DNA of 64,000 bases from Caldisericales bacterium (GTDB lineage Bacteria; Caldisericota; Caldisericia; JAAYUI01). Position numbers and translations under genes: made by a program. Positions 35,201 to 45,826 of the stretch are shown in pieces. The number at the start of each line of letters is the position of its first letter. Position 1 is the stretch's first letter. Under the pieces are notes generated by a model that saw nothing but the letters and a program-made list of their open reading frames with translations, had not been told where the DNA came from and did no database searches. The DNA is taken from NCBI GenBank assembly GCA_012517765.1, contig JAAYUI010000026.1:31843-95842 (forward strand), in the 5' to 3' direction.

Positions 35201-36132
35201 CTAGATATTATTGTGCCGGCGTCGCCTTTTAATGCAAGTGTTATGTGGGCGGGGTCAGTAATGACTGCCTGCTGGCCGCCGTTTTCCAGGAAATGTATTG
35301 AGGCCTCAACTTTTGGCCCCATAGAGCCCTTTGCAAAGTGGCCTTCCTCGGAGTATTTTTTTGCTTCATCAAGCGTCAGTCTGTCAAGTTGAATCTGGTT
35401 TGGTTTGCCATAATTGAGGCATACCTTTGGAACGGCTGTCGAAACCAGCAGTCTTGATGCCTTCACCTCAAGGGCAAGAACTGCAGATGCCCTGTCTTTG
35501 TCTATTACCGCCTCAATTCCGGATAACCCCTCCGGCCCCTTGACTACAGGTATTCCGCCACCGCCACATGCTATAACAACAACGCCTGAGTCAACGAGGT
35601 CCTTGATGGTGTCTTTTTCGATTATTGATTGTGGCCATGGCGATGCAACAACTCTTCTCCAGCCCCTTCCAGAGTCCTCGACAATATTCCATCCGAGTGT
35701 GAGGGCCCTTTCTCTGGCCGTTTTTTCATCCATGAAACTGCCTATTGGTTTAGTGGGATTTTTGAAGCCCTTGTCTGACGAGGAAACTTCAACCTGGGTG
35801 ACCACGGTTATGACGTTCTTCTTGATCCCTCTCTTGGAAAGTTCTTCAGTGAGGGCCTGCTGCAGCTGGTACCCTATGCCACCCTGTGTCTCTGCGACGG
35901 CATAATCCAGTGTGGTCTCCGGGACTTCGTGTGATGCGAGCTCGGACCTCCTCATGACCTGACCGACCTGCGGGCCGTTCCCGTGCGACACTATGATGCC
36001 GTATCCGGCACTTACGGCCGCTGCTATGTGGAATGCTGTTTCCCATACTGCCGCCCTCTGGTTCTGGACGGTCTGGGTCATACCCGGCAACAGCAAAGAG
36101 TTTCCGCCAACTGCAATGACTATTCTTTCCAT
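35197..36132 (-). CDS. arcC: carbamate kinase
   Basis: 311 aa with IVIAVGGNSLL, SHGNGPQVG and ACGGGGIPV motifs. Confidence 0.9.
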   Translation of the reverse strand: MERIVIAVGGNSLLLPGMTQTVQNQRAAVWETAFHIAAAVSAGYGIIVSHGNGPQVGQVMRRSELASHEVPETTLDYAVAETQGGIGYQLQQALTEELSKRGIKKNVITVVTQVEVSSSDKGFKNPTKPIGSFMDEKTARERALTLGWNIVEDSGRGWRRVVASPWPQSIIEKDTIKDLVDSGVVVIACGGGGIPVVKGPEGLSGIEAVIDKDRASAVLALEVKASRLLVSTAVPKVCLNYGKPNQIQLDRLTLDEAKKYSEEGHFAKGSMGPKVEASIHFLENGGQQAVITDPAHITLALKGDAGTIISR

Positions 36133-36200
36133 AATTCAACAGAAAGAATATCATACCGTGAATTGTTAAGTTCTCAAGGTGTGAAGTAAATACACATTTC

Positions 36201-36228
36201 TTGAATCGGGCCAACCTCAGGTTAAAAT
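36201..36228 (+). promoter_or_regulatory. candidate pdxST promoter
   Basis: TTGAAT (36201-36206), 16-nt spacer, TAAAAT (36223-36228). Confidence 0.45.
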
Positions 36229-36251
36229 ATGGTATGAAAGGAAGGCAATTG

Positions 36252-37133
36252 ATGGACAAGGAACTATTTTTGGTGAAGAAGGGCCTGGCTGACATGCTAA
36301 AGGGTGGTGTGATAATGGATGTTGTGACACCGGAGCATGCAAAAATAGCCGAAGAGGCCGGTGCTGTGGCCGTAATGGCCCTTGAGCGCGTGCCTGCGGA
36401 CATCAGGGTAAAGGGCGGCGTGGCCAGAATGTCTGATCCTCAAATGATTTCTGAAATCATGAAAGCAGTTTCTGTTCCAGTCATGGCAAAATGCAGGATT
36501 GGCCACACCATAGAGGCCCAGGTTTTGCAGTCCATTGGTGTTGATTATATAGACGAGAGCGAAGTTCTAACGCCAGCCGACGAGGAGTTCCATGTTGACA
36601 AGTGGTCGTTCAGGGTGCCATTTGTTTGTGGCTGCCGCAATCTTGGCGAGGCCCTTCGCAGGATTGGTGAGGGTGCTGCCATGATAAGGACAAAGGGTGA
36701 AGCTGGAACTGGCAATGTTGTTGAAGCCGTTCGCCACCAGAGGGCCGTCCAGAGGGAAATCAGAAGAGTCGTCATTGCCCCTGATGAAGAACTTGCCACA
36801 ATAGCAAAAGAGCTTGGTGCTCCACTCGAACTGGTAAAGATGGTCAAGGAAACTGGAAGATTGCCAGTTGTTAACTTTGCTGCAGGTGGTGTTGCAACTC
36901 CTGCCGACGCAGCGTTGATGATGCACCTTGGCTCTGATGGAGTTTTTGTTGGATCTGGCATATTCAAATCGGGAAATCCGGCTAAGAGGGCAAAGGCCAT
37001 TGTTGATGCGGTTGCCCACTGGCAGGAACCGGAAGTCATCGCAGAAGTGTCAAAAAATCTCGGCGAAGCCATGGTTGGAATCAATATTGACGTTTTGGAC
37101 GAGAAAGAAAAACTTGCCGGGAGGGGCTGGTGA
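36252..37133 (+). CDS. pdxS: pyridoxal 5'-phosphate synthase lyase subunit PdxS
   Basis: Start reset to ATG 36252 (AAGGAAGG upstream). [36 protein letters not shown] is the canonical PdxS N-terminus. Confidence 0.95.
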   Translation: MDKELFLVKKGLADMLKGGVIMDVVTPEHAKIAEEAGAVAVMALERVPADIRVKGGVARMSDPQMISEIMKAVSVPVMAKCRIGHTIEAQVLQSIGVDYIDESEVLTPADEEFHVDKWSFRVPFVCGCRNLGEALRRIGEGAAMIRTKGEAGTGNVVEAVRHQRAVQREIRRVVIAPDEELATIAKELGAPLELVKMVKETGRLPVVNFAAGGVATPADAALMMHLGSDGVFVGSGIFKSGNPAKRAKAIVDAVAHWQEPEVIAEVSKNLGEAMVGINIDVLDEKEKLAGRGW

Positions 37134-37702
37134 AAATAGGCATCTTCGCCCTCCAGGGTGATGTTGCCGAACACATAAAGGCAATAGAGGCTTCTGGTTG
37201 CACACCGGTCCAGGTCAGGAACCCACAGGACCTGGACAATCTGTCTGGGCTTGTTCTCCCTGGCGGTGAATCAACAACCTTCTGGAAGCTCTCGAACAGG
37301 ATCGGACTCGATAAGAAAATAATTTCCCTTTCAAAAGAGGGATTTCCAATATTTGGTACATGTGCTGGGCTCATAATGATGTCTCGCGACATTGAAGGCT
37401 ACCCAAACCAGCCAACATGGAATATAATGGACGTAACAGTCAGGCGCAATGCTTATGGGCGCCAGCTTGAATCGCACGTCGAAACGATACACGCCAAGGA
37501 CATTGGCGATGTGTCGGTCGCGTTTATTAGGGCCCCTTTCATCACAAGGGTCGGTGAAAAAGTGGAAGTGCTCTCCTGCGACAAGGAAGGCAACATCATT
37601 TTCGTTAGGCAAGGCAATTTTCTTGGCGCCGCCTTTCACCCAGAGATGACAGGTGATATAAAAATCCATAATTTTTTTTGCGATATCGCAAGGAGGGTTT
37701 GA
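37130..37702 (+). CDS. pdxT: pyridoxal 5'-phosphate synthase glutaminase subunit PdxT
   Basis: GTGA overlap with pdxS. GIFALQGD, with catalytic Cys in GTCAGLIM. Confidence 0.9.
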   Translation: MKIGIFALQGDVAEHIKAIEASGCTPVQVRNPQDLDNLSGLVLPGGESTTFWKLSNRIGLDKKIISLSKEGFPIFGTCAGLIMMSRDIEGYPNQPTWNIMDVTVRRNAYGRQLESHVETIHAKDIGDVSVAFIRAPFITRVGEKVEVLSCDKEGNIIFVRQGNFLGAAFHPEMTGDIKIHNFFCDIARRV

Positions 37703-38457
37703 TGTCAGGACACAGCAAATGGCATAATATCCAAGGTAAGAAATCAGTGACCGATGCCAAGAGAGGCAAGCTTTTTACCAAAATTGCCAAGGAAATCATT
37801 GTTGCAGCAAAAAGGGGTGGAAATCCCGATCACAACCCAAGCTTAAGGTCTGCCCTGGACAAGGCGTCTGAAGCCGGAATGCCGAAAGACAACATAAAGA
37901 GGGCCATTCAGCGCGGGACCGGAGAAATTGAAGGAGCAACCTACGAAGAAGCAGTTTATGAAGGATACGGGCCGGCAGGCACTGCCGTAATCGTTGAGGC
38001 TTCTACAGACAGCAAAAACCGCACGATCTCCGAACTGAAGAAAATCTTCAGCAAACATGGCGGATCACTCGGCGAGCAGGGTTGTGTTGCATGGAATTTT
38101 GAACGCGAGGGTGAAATTGTTGTAGAAGGTGGCGGAAAATCACTTGACGATGTCCTCATGGAAGCAGCGGACGCCGGAGCAAGTGATGTTGAAGCAGATG
38201 GTGACACTTTCATTGTAACAACTCCCCCCGATGTAATGCACCAGGTGGCCGAGGTCCTCAGAAAGGCCGGCTACAAGGTCAAGGGAACCAACCTTGTCTA
38301 TAACGCCAAGAGCACCGTAAAAGTCACGGGGCAGGATGCAGTAAAAGTCCTCAAACTCCAGAACGACCTCGAAGATCATGATGATGTCAATAACGTCTAT
38401 TCCAACTTTGAGATGGACGAATCAGAGATGGAGAAGATAGCAAGCGAGCTTGAATGA
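37702..38457 (+). CDS. yebC: YebC/PmpR-family transcriptional regulator
   Basis: Start reset to [14 protein letters not shown] (ATG 37702, AGGAGGG SD). Confidence 0.9.
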   Translation: MSGHSKWHNIQGKKSVTDAKRGKLFTKIAKEIIVAAKRGGNPDHNPSLRSALDKASEAGMPKDNIKRAIQRGTGEIEGATYEEAVYEGYGPAGTAVIVEASTDSKNRTISELKKIFSKHGGSLGEQGCVAWNFEREGEIVVEGGGKSLDDVLMEAADAGASDVEADGDTFIVTTPPDVMHQVAEVLRKAGYKVKGTNLVYNAKSTVKVTGQDAVKVLKLQNDLEDHDDVNNVYSNFEMDESEMEKIASELE

Positions 38458-38924
38458 AAATAATAGCCGTTGACCCAGGGCTGGCCCGCATTGGATGGGC
38501 CATCCTGGAGTCGGATGGCGATTCGTTTTCGCTTGTCGAATGTGGATTGCTGCAGACCCCAAAGGAAGACAATCTTCCAAAGAGACTCTCCGAAATACAT
38601 TCAAAAATAACCGGACTTGTTTCAAAACACAAACCAAGCTCTTTTGCAGTAGAAGAACTGTTTTTTTCAAAAAACGTCAAGACAGCAATCGATGTCGCAC
38701 AGGCAAGAGGTGTCATAATAATGTCGGCCCAGTTGACGGGTCTGCCTGTCTACGAATACACACCAAACCAAGTCAAGCAGGCCGTAACTTCATCAGGTAG
38801 CGCAGACAAACTCCAGGTTGGGAAAATGGTGCAAATGCTTTTGAGGCTTCCCAAAATACCCTCGCCAGATGATGTTGCAGATGCCTGTGCGCTCGGACTT
38901 TGCCATCTCTTTTCGCTGAGGTAA
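38454..38924 (+). CDS. ruvC: crossover junction endodeoxyribonuclease RuvC
   Basis: MKIIAVDPGLARIGWAILE (catalytic Asp) and C-terminal DDVADACALGLCH. Confidence 0.9.
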   Translation: MKIIAVDPGLARIGWAILESDGDSFSLVECGLLQTPKEDNLPKRLSEIHSKITGLVSKHKPSSFAVEELFFSKNVKTAIDVAQARGVIIMSAQLTGLPVYEYTPNQVKQAVTSSGSADKLQVGKMVQMLLRLPKIPSPDDVADACALGLCHLFSLR

Positions 38925-38926
38925 AA

Positions 38927-39502
38927 ATGATAAATCATCTGGATGGAACAATAGAAGACTTTGATGACGAAGTTATTGTCCTGAATGTAAATGGCATTGG
39001 TTTTGAGGTCCTTGTTGGCAGGGTATCCGGGGTTGAGATTGGAAAAAGCCTGAGGCTGTATACTGTATGGCGCTTCAACAGTGAAGACGGATACACTATT
39101 TTTGGTTTCGAGACACCGCAGGAATCAAAACTCTTCAAGACAATAACAAGCAAGGTTTCCGGGGTCGGGGGGAAAACAGCCCTTTCTCTTTTAAAAACAC
39201 TGACACCCGGTCAGATAGCTGATGCCGTCATACATGAAAAAGCCCATGTTTTCAGGGCCGTTTCCGGCATTGGCCCAAAGATGTCCGAAAGGATAGTTCT
39301 GGAATTGAGGGACGTCATGGCCGGAATGCCAGTACAACCAGGTTCTGTTGGCAAATCGGACGAGATTGATGAAGCCAGGGCGGCATTGCGTGCACTTGGT
39401 TTCTCGATTGGCGAGATAGAGAAAGCGCTAGATGGCATAAAGGGCAAAAGTGCGTCCTCGGAGGAGATAATAAAGCACGCCCTCTCAAGGCTGTCAAAAT
39501 GA
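38927..39502 (+). CDS. ruvA: Holliday junction DNA helicase subunit RuvA
   Basis: Start reset to MINHLDGTIE (ATG 38927). OB domain, HhH pair (VSGVGGKTALSLL / VSGIGPKMSERIV), domain III. Confidence 0.9.
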   Translation: MINHLDGTIEDFDDEVIVLNVNGIGFEVLVGRVSGVEIGKSLRLYTVWRFNSEDGYTIFGFETPQESKLFKTITSKVSGVGGKTALSLLKTLTPGQIADAVIHEKAHVFRAVSGIGPKMSERIVLELRDVMAGMPVQPGSVGKSDEIDEARAALRALGFSIGEIEKALDGIKGKSASSEEIIKHALSRLSK

Positions 39503-41082
39503 ATTTCAGGGACAAGATCGCTGGGAGGGAGCCGGTTGACTTGCTGGTAGTGAATGCCAGGATAATAAATCCGTCACTTGGGCAGGTTGTTGATGGCCAT
39601 GTTGCGGTTGCTGATGGAAAATTTGCTGGTTTTGGCCAGAAAAAGAGTGTCAAAGTTTTTGATGCTGGTGGTGCCTATATTGCCCCAGGCTTTATCGACC
39701 CTCACACTCACCCGGAAACCCTAGTTTCCCATCCTCTAAGGTCGTTTGCTTCGATGCTTCGAAGGGGTGTCACGACAGTGGTCTTTAATCCCTCAAACAC
39801 CGCCAATGCAACGGGGCTTGCCGGTGTGAGGTATCTTGACCAGACAACCCGAGATTTTGAGAAAAACATCCTGTTCTATGCCCCGTCAAGTGTCCCTCCG
39901 TACGAATTTGAAGATTATGGCGTTGACCTTTCATATCTTGATCTGGCGTGTTTTGCTGCAGAACCAAGATTTGTTGGGCTTTCAGAAATAATTGATCCAA
40001 ACGGCGACGGCATGGACATGAAAATAAAGCTGTTCCGAAACAAGGTTGTGGATGGTCATGCAAGGGGCCTTGGCGGGAAAGCGCTTGAGGAGTATTTTTC
40101 AGCAGGGGCATCCTGCGACCATGAATGCAAAACGCCAGAAGAAGCTGAAGAGAGGTTTGCGATTGGTGTGAGGATAATGGCAAGAGAGGGCAGTTTCGAC
40201 AGAGACCTACTGTCTGTGCTAAAGGCCTGCAATAGTGAGAACCAGCATTTTTTCAGTTCCTGCACTGACCATATCAAGCCACAGATGCTGCTTGAAGAAG
40301 GCTCAATCGACAATTGTGTCAGAAAAGCTTTCCAAAGCGGTGTCCCGCTGGTCAGGGCGGTCCAGATGGCTACCATAAACACTGCCTCGACCCTGAAGAT
40401 GACCGACAGGGGCAGTTTTGCCATCGGCAAGAGGGCCGATTTTGTGTTGATTGATCCCGGGACATTGAATGTGGTTTCAACATTCCTGTCTGGTGAACAG
40501 GTGACTAGCGAGCTTCTCGACTACCTGGAGGCTTGCGATCTGGGAGGACGCCCGCTAAATGCAGTTATTGATTTTGATATTGATGATATAAATTTCCGAA
40601 ACAGCGAGATTGTTGATGCAGGGGATGGTGCAACTGGGCGATATTCCAGCGAACCGGTTTTTGCGTGCGTAATCAATGTGCGCTCTGGTCAAAAGAATGT
40701 CTCATTTTGCAGACTCGCAGGACTTGGGAAGGTCAGTGGCGCTTTTGCCACAACGACACCGATCCACTCGCACAACATTTTTGTTTTGGGCAGTTCAGCA
40801 GGATTGATGAAAAAGGCCGTCAGCATGGTTGCTGGCGATGGTGGAGTGGCTGTTTGCGGGGAGGATTTTTACGAATTTCTACCGCTGCCAATCTTTGGCA
40901 TTTACTCCGACCTTTCTGTGGCCAGAGTTTCGGAGGGGATGAACAGAATACAGAGTGCCCTCGATAGAACAGGCGTCCATGAAGACATGTTCGGTCTTGT
41001 GAGGAGGCTCACACAGCCGGGTTTTGGAACCTGTCTTACTTCGAAGGGTGTATTTGTTTGTGAGGACCTAAAACAAAAATAA
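39499..41082 (+). CDS. amidohydrolase-superfamily protein, adenine-deaminase-like
   Basis: 527 aa. N-terminal VVNARIINP…PGFIDPHTHPE metal motif and a C-terminal region resembling the adenine deaminase C-domain. Substrate uncertain. Confidence 0.65.
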   Translation: MNFRDKIAGREPVDLLVVNARIINPSLGQVVDGHVAVADGKFAGFGQKKSVKVFDAGGAYIAPGFIDPHTHPETLVSHPLRSFASMLRRGVTTVVFNPSNTANATGLAGVRYLDQTTRDFEKNILFYAPSSVPPYEFEDYGVDLSYLDLACFAAEPRFVGLSEIIDPNGDGMDMKIKLFRNKVVDGHARGLGGKALEEYFSAGASCDHECKTPEEAEERFAIGVRIMAREGSFDRDLLSVLKACNSENQHFFSSCTDHIKPQMLLEEGSIDNCVRKAFQSGVPLVRAVQMATINTASTLKMTDRGSFAIGKRADFVLIDPGTLNVVSTFLSGEQVTSELLDYLEACDLGGRPLNAVIDFDIDDINFRNSEIVDAGDGATGRYSSEPVFACVINVRSGQKNVSFCRLAGLGKVSGAFATTTPIHSHNIFVLGSSAGLMKKAVSMVAGDGGVAVCGEDFYEFLPLPIFGIYSDLSVARVSEGMNRIQSALDRTGVHEDMFGLVRRLTQPGFGTCLTSKGVFVCEDLKQK

Positions 41083-44000
41083 TGAAAAAAATATCTATTG
41101 CTCTGATTTTTGTTCTTTTGATCTCGGTTTTTCTTCCAACATGGCCGAGATTTTCAACTGCCCAGCAACCCACCCAGGTTGTTGAAAGACTGTTGATGTT
41201 TGACCAGCCCGATGCAAAAAATCTGGCAGAGTTGAAAACAGAAACCTCGCTGGCGCAGTCTGGTGCAATATCCGAGCTGGAGGCCCTTTCCTCATCGGGC
41301 GAGGTGCTCTCTTACAAACCATTCTGGATACAGAACTGCATTCTTGTCACAGGCACCCAGAAGGCCTTTTCGCGCCTCGAGAGCCTTGGCTCTGTGAGGG
41401 CTGTTTTGCCCAACACAAAAATTTACCTGCCCCATGCCGGGCGATCGAAGGTGGAAACTGACATAGAGTGGAACCTCAAGGCAACGCATGTGCCAGAGGC
41501 ATGGGCCATGTCGGCAAAGGGTGATGGCGTGCTCGTCGGTGTTCTGGACAGTGGTTGTGATTCCACCCATCCGGAGCTTGCCGGAAAAGTCCAGAGTTTT
41601 GCTTCTTTTGACAGTTATGGCAGGAAGACTGGCCAAACTATTGCAAGCGACAGTGATGGCCATGGAACAAGCGTCTGCTCGGTCGTTTGTGGCGAAACGC
41701 TTGGCGTTGCCCCAAAGGCAAAATTGATTGTAGGTTCTGTCATCCCTGACGGCTCGGGAAACATTTCCCAGATTTTGGGCGGGTTGCAGTGGATAACCGA
41801 CCCTGACGACGACCCATCAACCAATGATTACCCAAGGGTTGTCAATATGTCGTTTGGCGCTTCCGGGACAATGGACTACCTGAAGACCGCAATAAAAAAC
41901 CTCAGAACATTTGGAATATTGCCCATTGCCTCGATAGGCAACGATGGCGAAGGTTCATCGAGCAATCCTGGCAATATGCCAGAAGTCCTCTCCGTTGGCT
42001 CTGTGGACTACGGGCTCAAGGCGTCTGGTTTCTCCGGCGGTGCCGAAGTGGTGTGGGAGAACGAAGACGACTCACTGACACTGGTTAAACCTGATTTATG
42101 TGCACCTGGGGAAAACATCAGGGTGGCCACCCCAAGAAGGACCTATGATGTTGCCGATGGCACCAGCTTTTCTTCCCCACATGTCGCCGGAATCTGCGCG
42201 CTTTTGCTTGAAAAGAGGCCCGGCATATCCCCTGAAGACCTGACCTATCTCCTCTCAAAGACTGCTGTCGACCTTGGTAGGCCAGGCAGGGACAGGCGCT
42301 ATGGCGAGGGCCTTGTCGATGCAAGGGACAGCCTTTCACTTGCCCTGTCAATGGAGCCAAAAACTGTTTCTGTGACGTGGCCCACCGGTTCTGCCCTCTG
42401 GGGAGACATAAATGTCACCTCTGGTGACCGTTCGTATGTGGTTTCAAGGGAACAGGCGAAATCGTTTACTTTTCTCTCCAGATCAGGCGAGGAGACAAAG
42501 ATAGGGGCTTTCGGTTTTGAATCCTCAACGATTGCAGGCAGTTCCATTGAGCTAAAACCTCTTCCGGAGCATTCGCTTGTTCTGACGGTGCACGAAGAGG
42601 GCACCCAGAACAATCTTGACAGCAAAGTCACCCTGAAAGATTCCCCGTTGCCGACATTTGAGGCACCTGACGGAACATTAAAGCTTGCTTTACCGGAGGG
42701 CGAGCACGAATTTGTTGCGACTTCTTTTGGCCACGCATCGAGGAGTTTCAGGATAAAACTCTCGTCTGATTTGTCTGCCTCCATGCCTCTCGAGAAGGCA
42801 AAATTAGCCTTTATTGACACAAGAAAACCAGTTTGGGGGATGAGCCCGGAACCGATCCGTGGAAAGCTCAAACCAGCTTTGGATTCAACAGGATTGCCCT
42901 ATTTTATATGGTCAACCTTGCAAGGTAATGTGACAGCCAAGCAACTTGGTGCTTTCCAGTATGTGGTATGGAACTCCGGTGGTTCACTTTCGGCCAAAGA
43001 CGTTGGCATTCTTGGCGGATACATGGACATGGGAGGTAAACTTGTCCTTACCTCCGATTTTTATGGCGCATCCTTCATCGGCCAGACCGATTCTACGGTT
43101 TTTCTGGACTCATATTTTGCCTGCAGACCAAGCGATGAGGGTGGAGCGGCATTAACCCACTGGGACGGAAAGACTTACAAGAGCCTTGCGCTTGGCAACC
43201 CAAGCGCCTATTTTTCCACTTCAAATCTTGTGCCGATGTCCGAAAAGGCAAAAATCCTGCTTTCTTATGCTGGTACAAGCCCCAAAAAGTATGCAGGGTT
43301 GAAAGTCTCAACCCTCAAAAACCAGGGAATAATCCTTGGGTTTACGTTCCCAAATGTGGCTTCGGAAGAGGACAGGGGCTGGCTTTTAAAGCTTTGCATC
43401 GATAGTTTTGAAGACACATTGCCATGGAAGGCCGATATAAAAACTGACGATGGTAAATTGCCTTCCGGAAACATAGCAATTGGCGGGGAAACCATAGATT
43501 TTACCGGGGGCAATATTTTTGTGCCTCACCTCCCGCTTGTGGCAACAAAAATCGAAATTTCCAGTTTTGGCTATAAAAAGGTCATCCTGGAGGATAGGCC
43601 GGAAAACCTCCCTTCGCAGATAATGCTTGAACCTGCCCCCCTGTCTGGAGTTTCTTTTGAGTCCAACTCTGATGGATACCTCATTTTCAATGACAAGAAT
43701 GTGGAGCCCATTAAGTTCTCAGCAAAGGGTGAAGTCAGATTGCCCGAAGGCAAATACAAAGTTGTGGCTGTATCGAGGGGAAGGGATCCTGTGGAAGTTG
43801 ATGTCGTTGCCCCAGGCAGGATTGCTCTTAATATGAGGCAGTCCCAGAAGGCAGCAGTGGTTTTTGAGGAAGCTGATGACATAAAGCTGACGCTGAGCGA
43901 AATCGGCATACCCTACAGGACCATCCAGCAGCCAACTGTCGCAGACATTGTGTCCTCGGGTCTTATTGTCTGGAACCATCCGGAGAAAATCTCAAGCTCC

Positions 44001-45416
44001 CAGATGGAGATGATAGGCAATGTGAAAACTGCCCTTCTTTGTGGTGCAGGTGCCATTATTGCCGGCCCGGAGCTTTGCAGGGCCTTTGGCAGACCAGTCC
44101 AGATAGATTCAGCCACTTCGCCTGTCTATGCGTCCATGGGTGAGAATGAACTCCAGGGAATACTCATATCCAACTCAAAAAGCATGAGAAACTACAGCAT
44201 GTCAATTCCTGTAATTTCGGGAGGAGATGTCCTGGCAAGGTTTATTGGCCAGGGTGCCTCAATCATAAAGCATGACAATCTCATAGCCTGCTCGTTTGGT
44301 TTGCAGGATGTTGATCTTGCAAATGTCAAGGCTGAGTTGATCAGAAGATTGGCCATGGTGCTTGGTTTTGGTGAAGGCAGGCTCCTTCCCGGCCAGATAG
44401 TTTCACCGTCAAAGGCTGTAAACACAAAATCTGTGGAAATAAGTGGTTTTGCACCACCTGCATCAAAAACTTCAATAACAATAGACGGTGTCGAAAAAAT
44501 CGTTGATCTTGATCCAGAGGGTTTTTTCTCTTTCTGGGCCAGCCTTGCGGAAGGAAAGCACGAATGTGTACTAATCTCACAATCAAATGGCCTTCTGGCG
44601 AGATCAGCGCCGCACACTGTAACGATAGACACCACACCACCCAGCATTGTCATGTATTCGCCAAAAGGCGGTAAAACACCGTCGCTCGAGATAGAAGTTT
44701 TGGCCAATGTCAGGAGTGCTTCAAAAGTCTTGATTGATGGCAAGCCGGTAAGAGTTGAGGGGACACTTCTTCGCACAACAGTTCCGGCTGGGTCAGGTTC
44801 CATCCTGATCTCTTGTGAAGATGAGGCGGGCAACAGGTCTGAGGTCAGGGCAAACTATACACCGTCACCCGGGCTTTTTGCTGACGCGCAAAAATCCGGG
44901 TCATTTTTCGAGATTGGCCAGCTTGCCTGCGCGAACATCCTGAAGAATGAGAATGGCCAGTTTTACCCCTCAGAATCTCTTTCTAGAGGAAAGATGGTCA
45001 TCTGGGTTGCACTACTGCTTGGGCTTGACCCAAAGCCGGGAAAATCCACATACGAAGACGTGCCAAAGAATTCTCCGGAAGAGCCGTTTATTGGCGCCCT
45101 TGTCCAGCACGGGACATTGTCCGGAAAAGGAAAATTCTACCCCACATCTGCCTGCACGAGAGAGCTCCTTGTGCAAGTCCTCTCCAATGGCTTGAGGCTT
45201 GGCAAAAAGGCCGAAAAAATGCCATTTTCTGATATAAAACAGGACAATGTCTATTCACAAGCCATCCTTAGGTGCGTTTTTGCCGGCATAATTGACCCCG
45301 CAGAAAAAAGACTGTTCTCAGGTGGCAAATTCGGTCTAGGGCAAAAGCTCTCAAGAGAGCAAGCCTGCATAATGCTTTACAATGCCCTTGTCTACAGGGC
45401 AAGAGGAGAACAATGA
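41082..45416 (+). CDS. secreted S8 subtilisin-like protease with large beta-rich middle region and three C-terminal SLH domains
   Basis: Signal peptide MKKISIALIFVLLISVFL. Triad motifs VLDSGCD, HGTSV, GTSFSSPHVAG. The C-terminal ~180 aa form three SLH-like repeats (FADAQKSG…, YEDVPKNSPE…, FSDIKQDNVY…). Confidence 0.85.
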   Translation: MKKISIALIFVLLISVFLPTWPRFSTAQQPTQVVERLLMFDQPDAKNLAELKTETSLAQSGAISELEALSSSGEVLSYKPFWIQNCILVTGTQKAFSRLESLGSVRAVLPNTKIYLPHAGRSKVETDIEWNLKATHVPEAWAMSAKGDGVLVGVLDSGCDSTHPELAGKVQSFASFDSYGRKTGQTIASDSDGHGTSVCSVVCGETLGVAPKAKLIVGSVIPDGSGNISQILGGLQWITDPDDDPSTNDYPRVVNMSFGASGTMDYLKTAIKNLRTFGILPIASIGNDGEGSSSNPGNMPEVLSVGSVDYGLKASGFSGGAEVVWENEDDSLTLVKPDLCAPGENIRVATPRRTYDVADGTSFSSPHVAGICALLLEKRPGISPEDLTYLLSKTAVDLGRPGRDRRYGEGLVDARDSLSLALSMEPKTVSVTWPTGSALWGDINVTSGDRSYVVSREQAKSFTFLSRSGEETKIGAFGFESSTIAGSSIELKPLPEHSLVLTVHEEGTQNNLDSKVTLKDSPLPTFEAPDGTLKLALPEGEHEFVATSFGHASRSFRIKLSSDLSASMPLEKAKLAFIDTRKPVWGMSPEPIRGKLKPALDSTGLPYFIWSTLQGNVTAKQLGAFQYVVWNSGGSLSAKDVGILGGYMDMGGKLVLTSDFYGASFIGQTDSTVFLDSYFACRPSDEGGAALTHWDGKTYKSLALGNPSAYFSTSNLVPMSEKAKILLSYAGTSPKKYAGLKVSTLKNQGIILGFTFPNVASEEDRGWLLKLCIDSFEDTLPWKADIKTDDGKLPSGNIAIGGETIDFTGGNIFVPHLPLVATKIEISSFGYKKVILEDRPENLPSQIMLEPAPLSGVSFESNSDGYLIFNDKNVEPIKFSAKGEVRLPEGKYKVVAVSRGRDPVEVDVVAPGRIALNMRQSQKAAVVFEEADDIKLTLSEIGIPYRTIQQPTVADIVSSGLIVWNHPEKISSSQMEMIGNVKTALLCGAGAIIAGPELCRAFGRPVQIDSATSPVYASMGENELQGILISNSKSMRNYSMSIPVISGGDVLARFIGQGASIIKHDNLIACSFGLQDVDLANVKAELIRRLAMVLGFGEGRLLPGQIVSPSKAVNTKSVEISGFAPPASKTSITIDGVEKIVDLDPEGFFSFWASLAEGKHECVLISQSNGLLARSAPHTVTIDTTPPSIVMYSPKGGKTPSLEIEVLANVRSASKVLIDGKPVRVEGTLLRTTVPAGSGSILISCEDEAGNRSEVRANYTPSPGLFADAQKSGSFFEIGQLACANILKNENGQFYPSESLSRGKMVIWVALLLGLDPKPGKSTYEDVPKNSPEEPFIGALVQHGTLSGKGKFYPTSACTRELLVQVLSNGLRLGKKAEKMPFSDIKQDNVYSQAILRCVFAGIIDPAEKRLFSGGKFGLGQKLSREQACIMLYNALVYRARGEQ

Positions 45417-45826
45417 TACTGGAACAGCTAAAACAGGCTGGCTATAGAATAACAAAACCCAGGAAAGCGGTCATAGCGCTTCTTGAAGAAAATGATGACA
45501 TGGATGCAAAGCAGATATACAGGACCCTAAGGGAGCGCGGGCAGGACGTCGATGTTGCTACCGTTTACAGGGTGCTTGACCTTCTTTTCAGGCTTGGTAT
45601 TGTGCACAGGAGCAATTTTACCCAGCAGCACGCCCATTTTGGTTTTGTGAAGGCCGTCCACATGATATGCAGGCGTTGCGGTAAAATCGATGAGAAAGAA
45701 GTGGACAGCAAAATTCTGCTTGATAAAATGAAAGACGTCCTGGGGGATTTCTCCGCCCAGGACGTCTCTGTAGAGGTCTATGGTTATTGTAAGACCTGCA
45801 GCCGATCAGCAGATGGCAACGTTTGA
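45413..45826 (+). CDS. Fur-family metalloregulator
   Basis: ATGA overlap with the protease stop and a GAGGAG SD. Winged helix ([13 protein letters not shown]…[11 protein letters not shown]), structural Zn site CRRCG…CKTC. Confidence 0.8.
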   Translation: MILEQLKQAGYRITKPRKAVIALLEENDDMDAKQIYRTLRERGQDVDVATVYRVLDLLFRLGIVHRSNFTQQHAHFGFVKAVHMICRRCGKIDEKEVDSKILLDKMKDVLGDFSAQDVSVEVYGYCKTCSRSADGNV

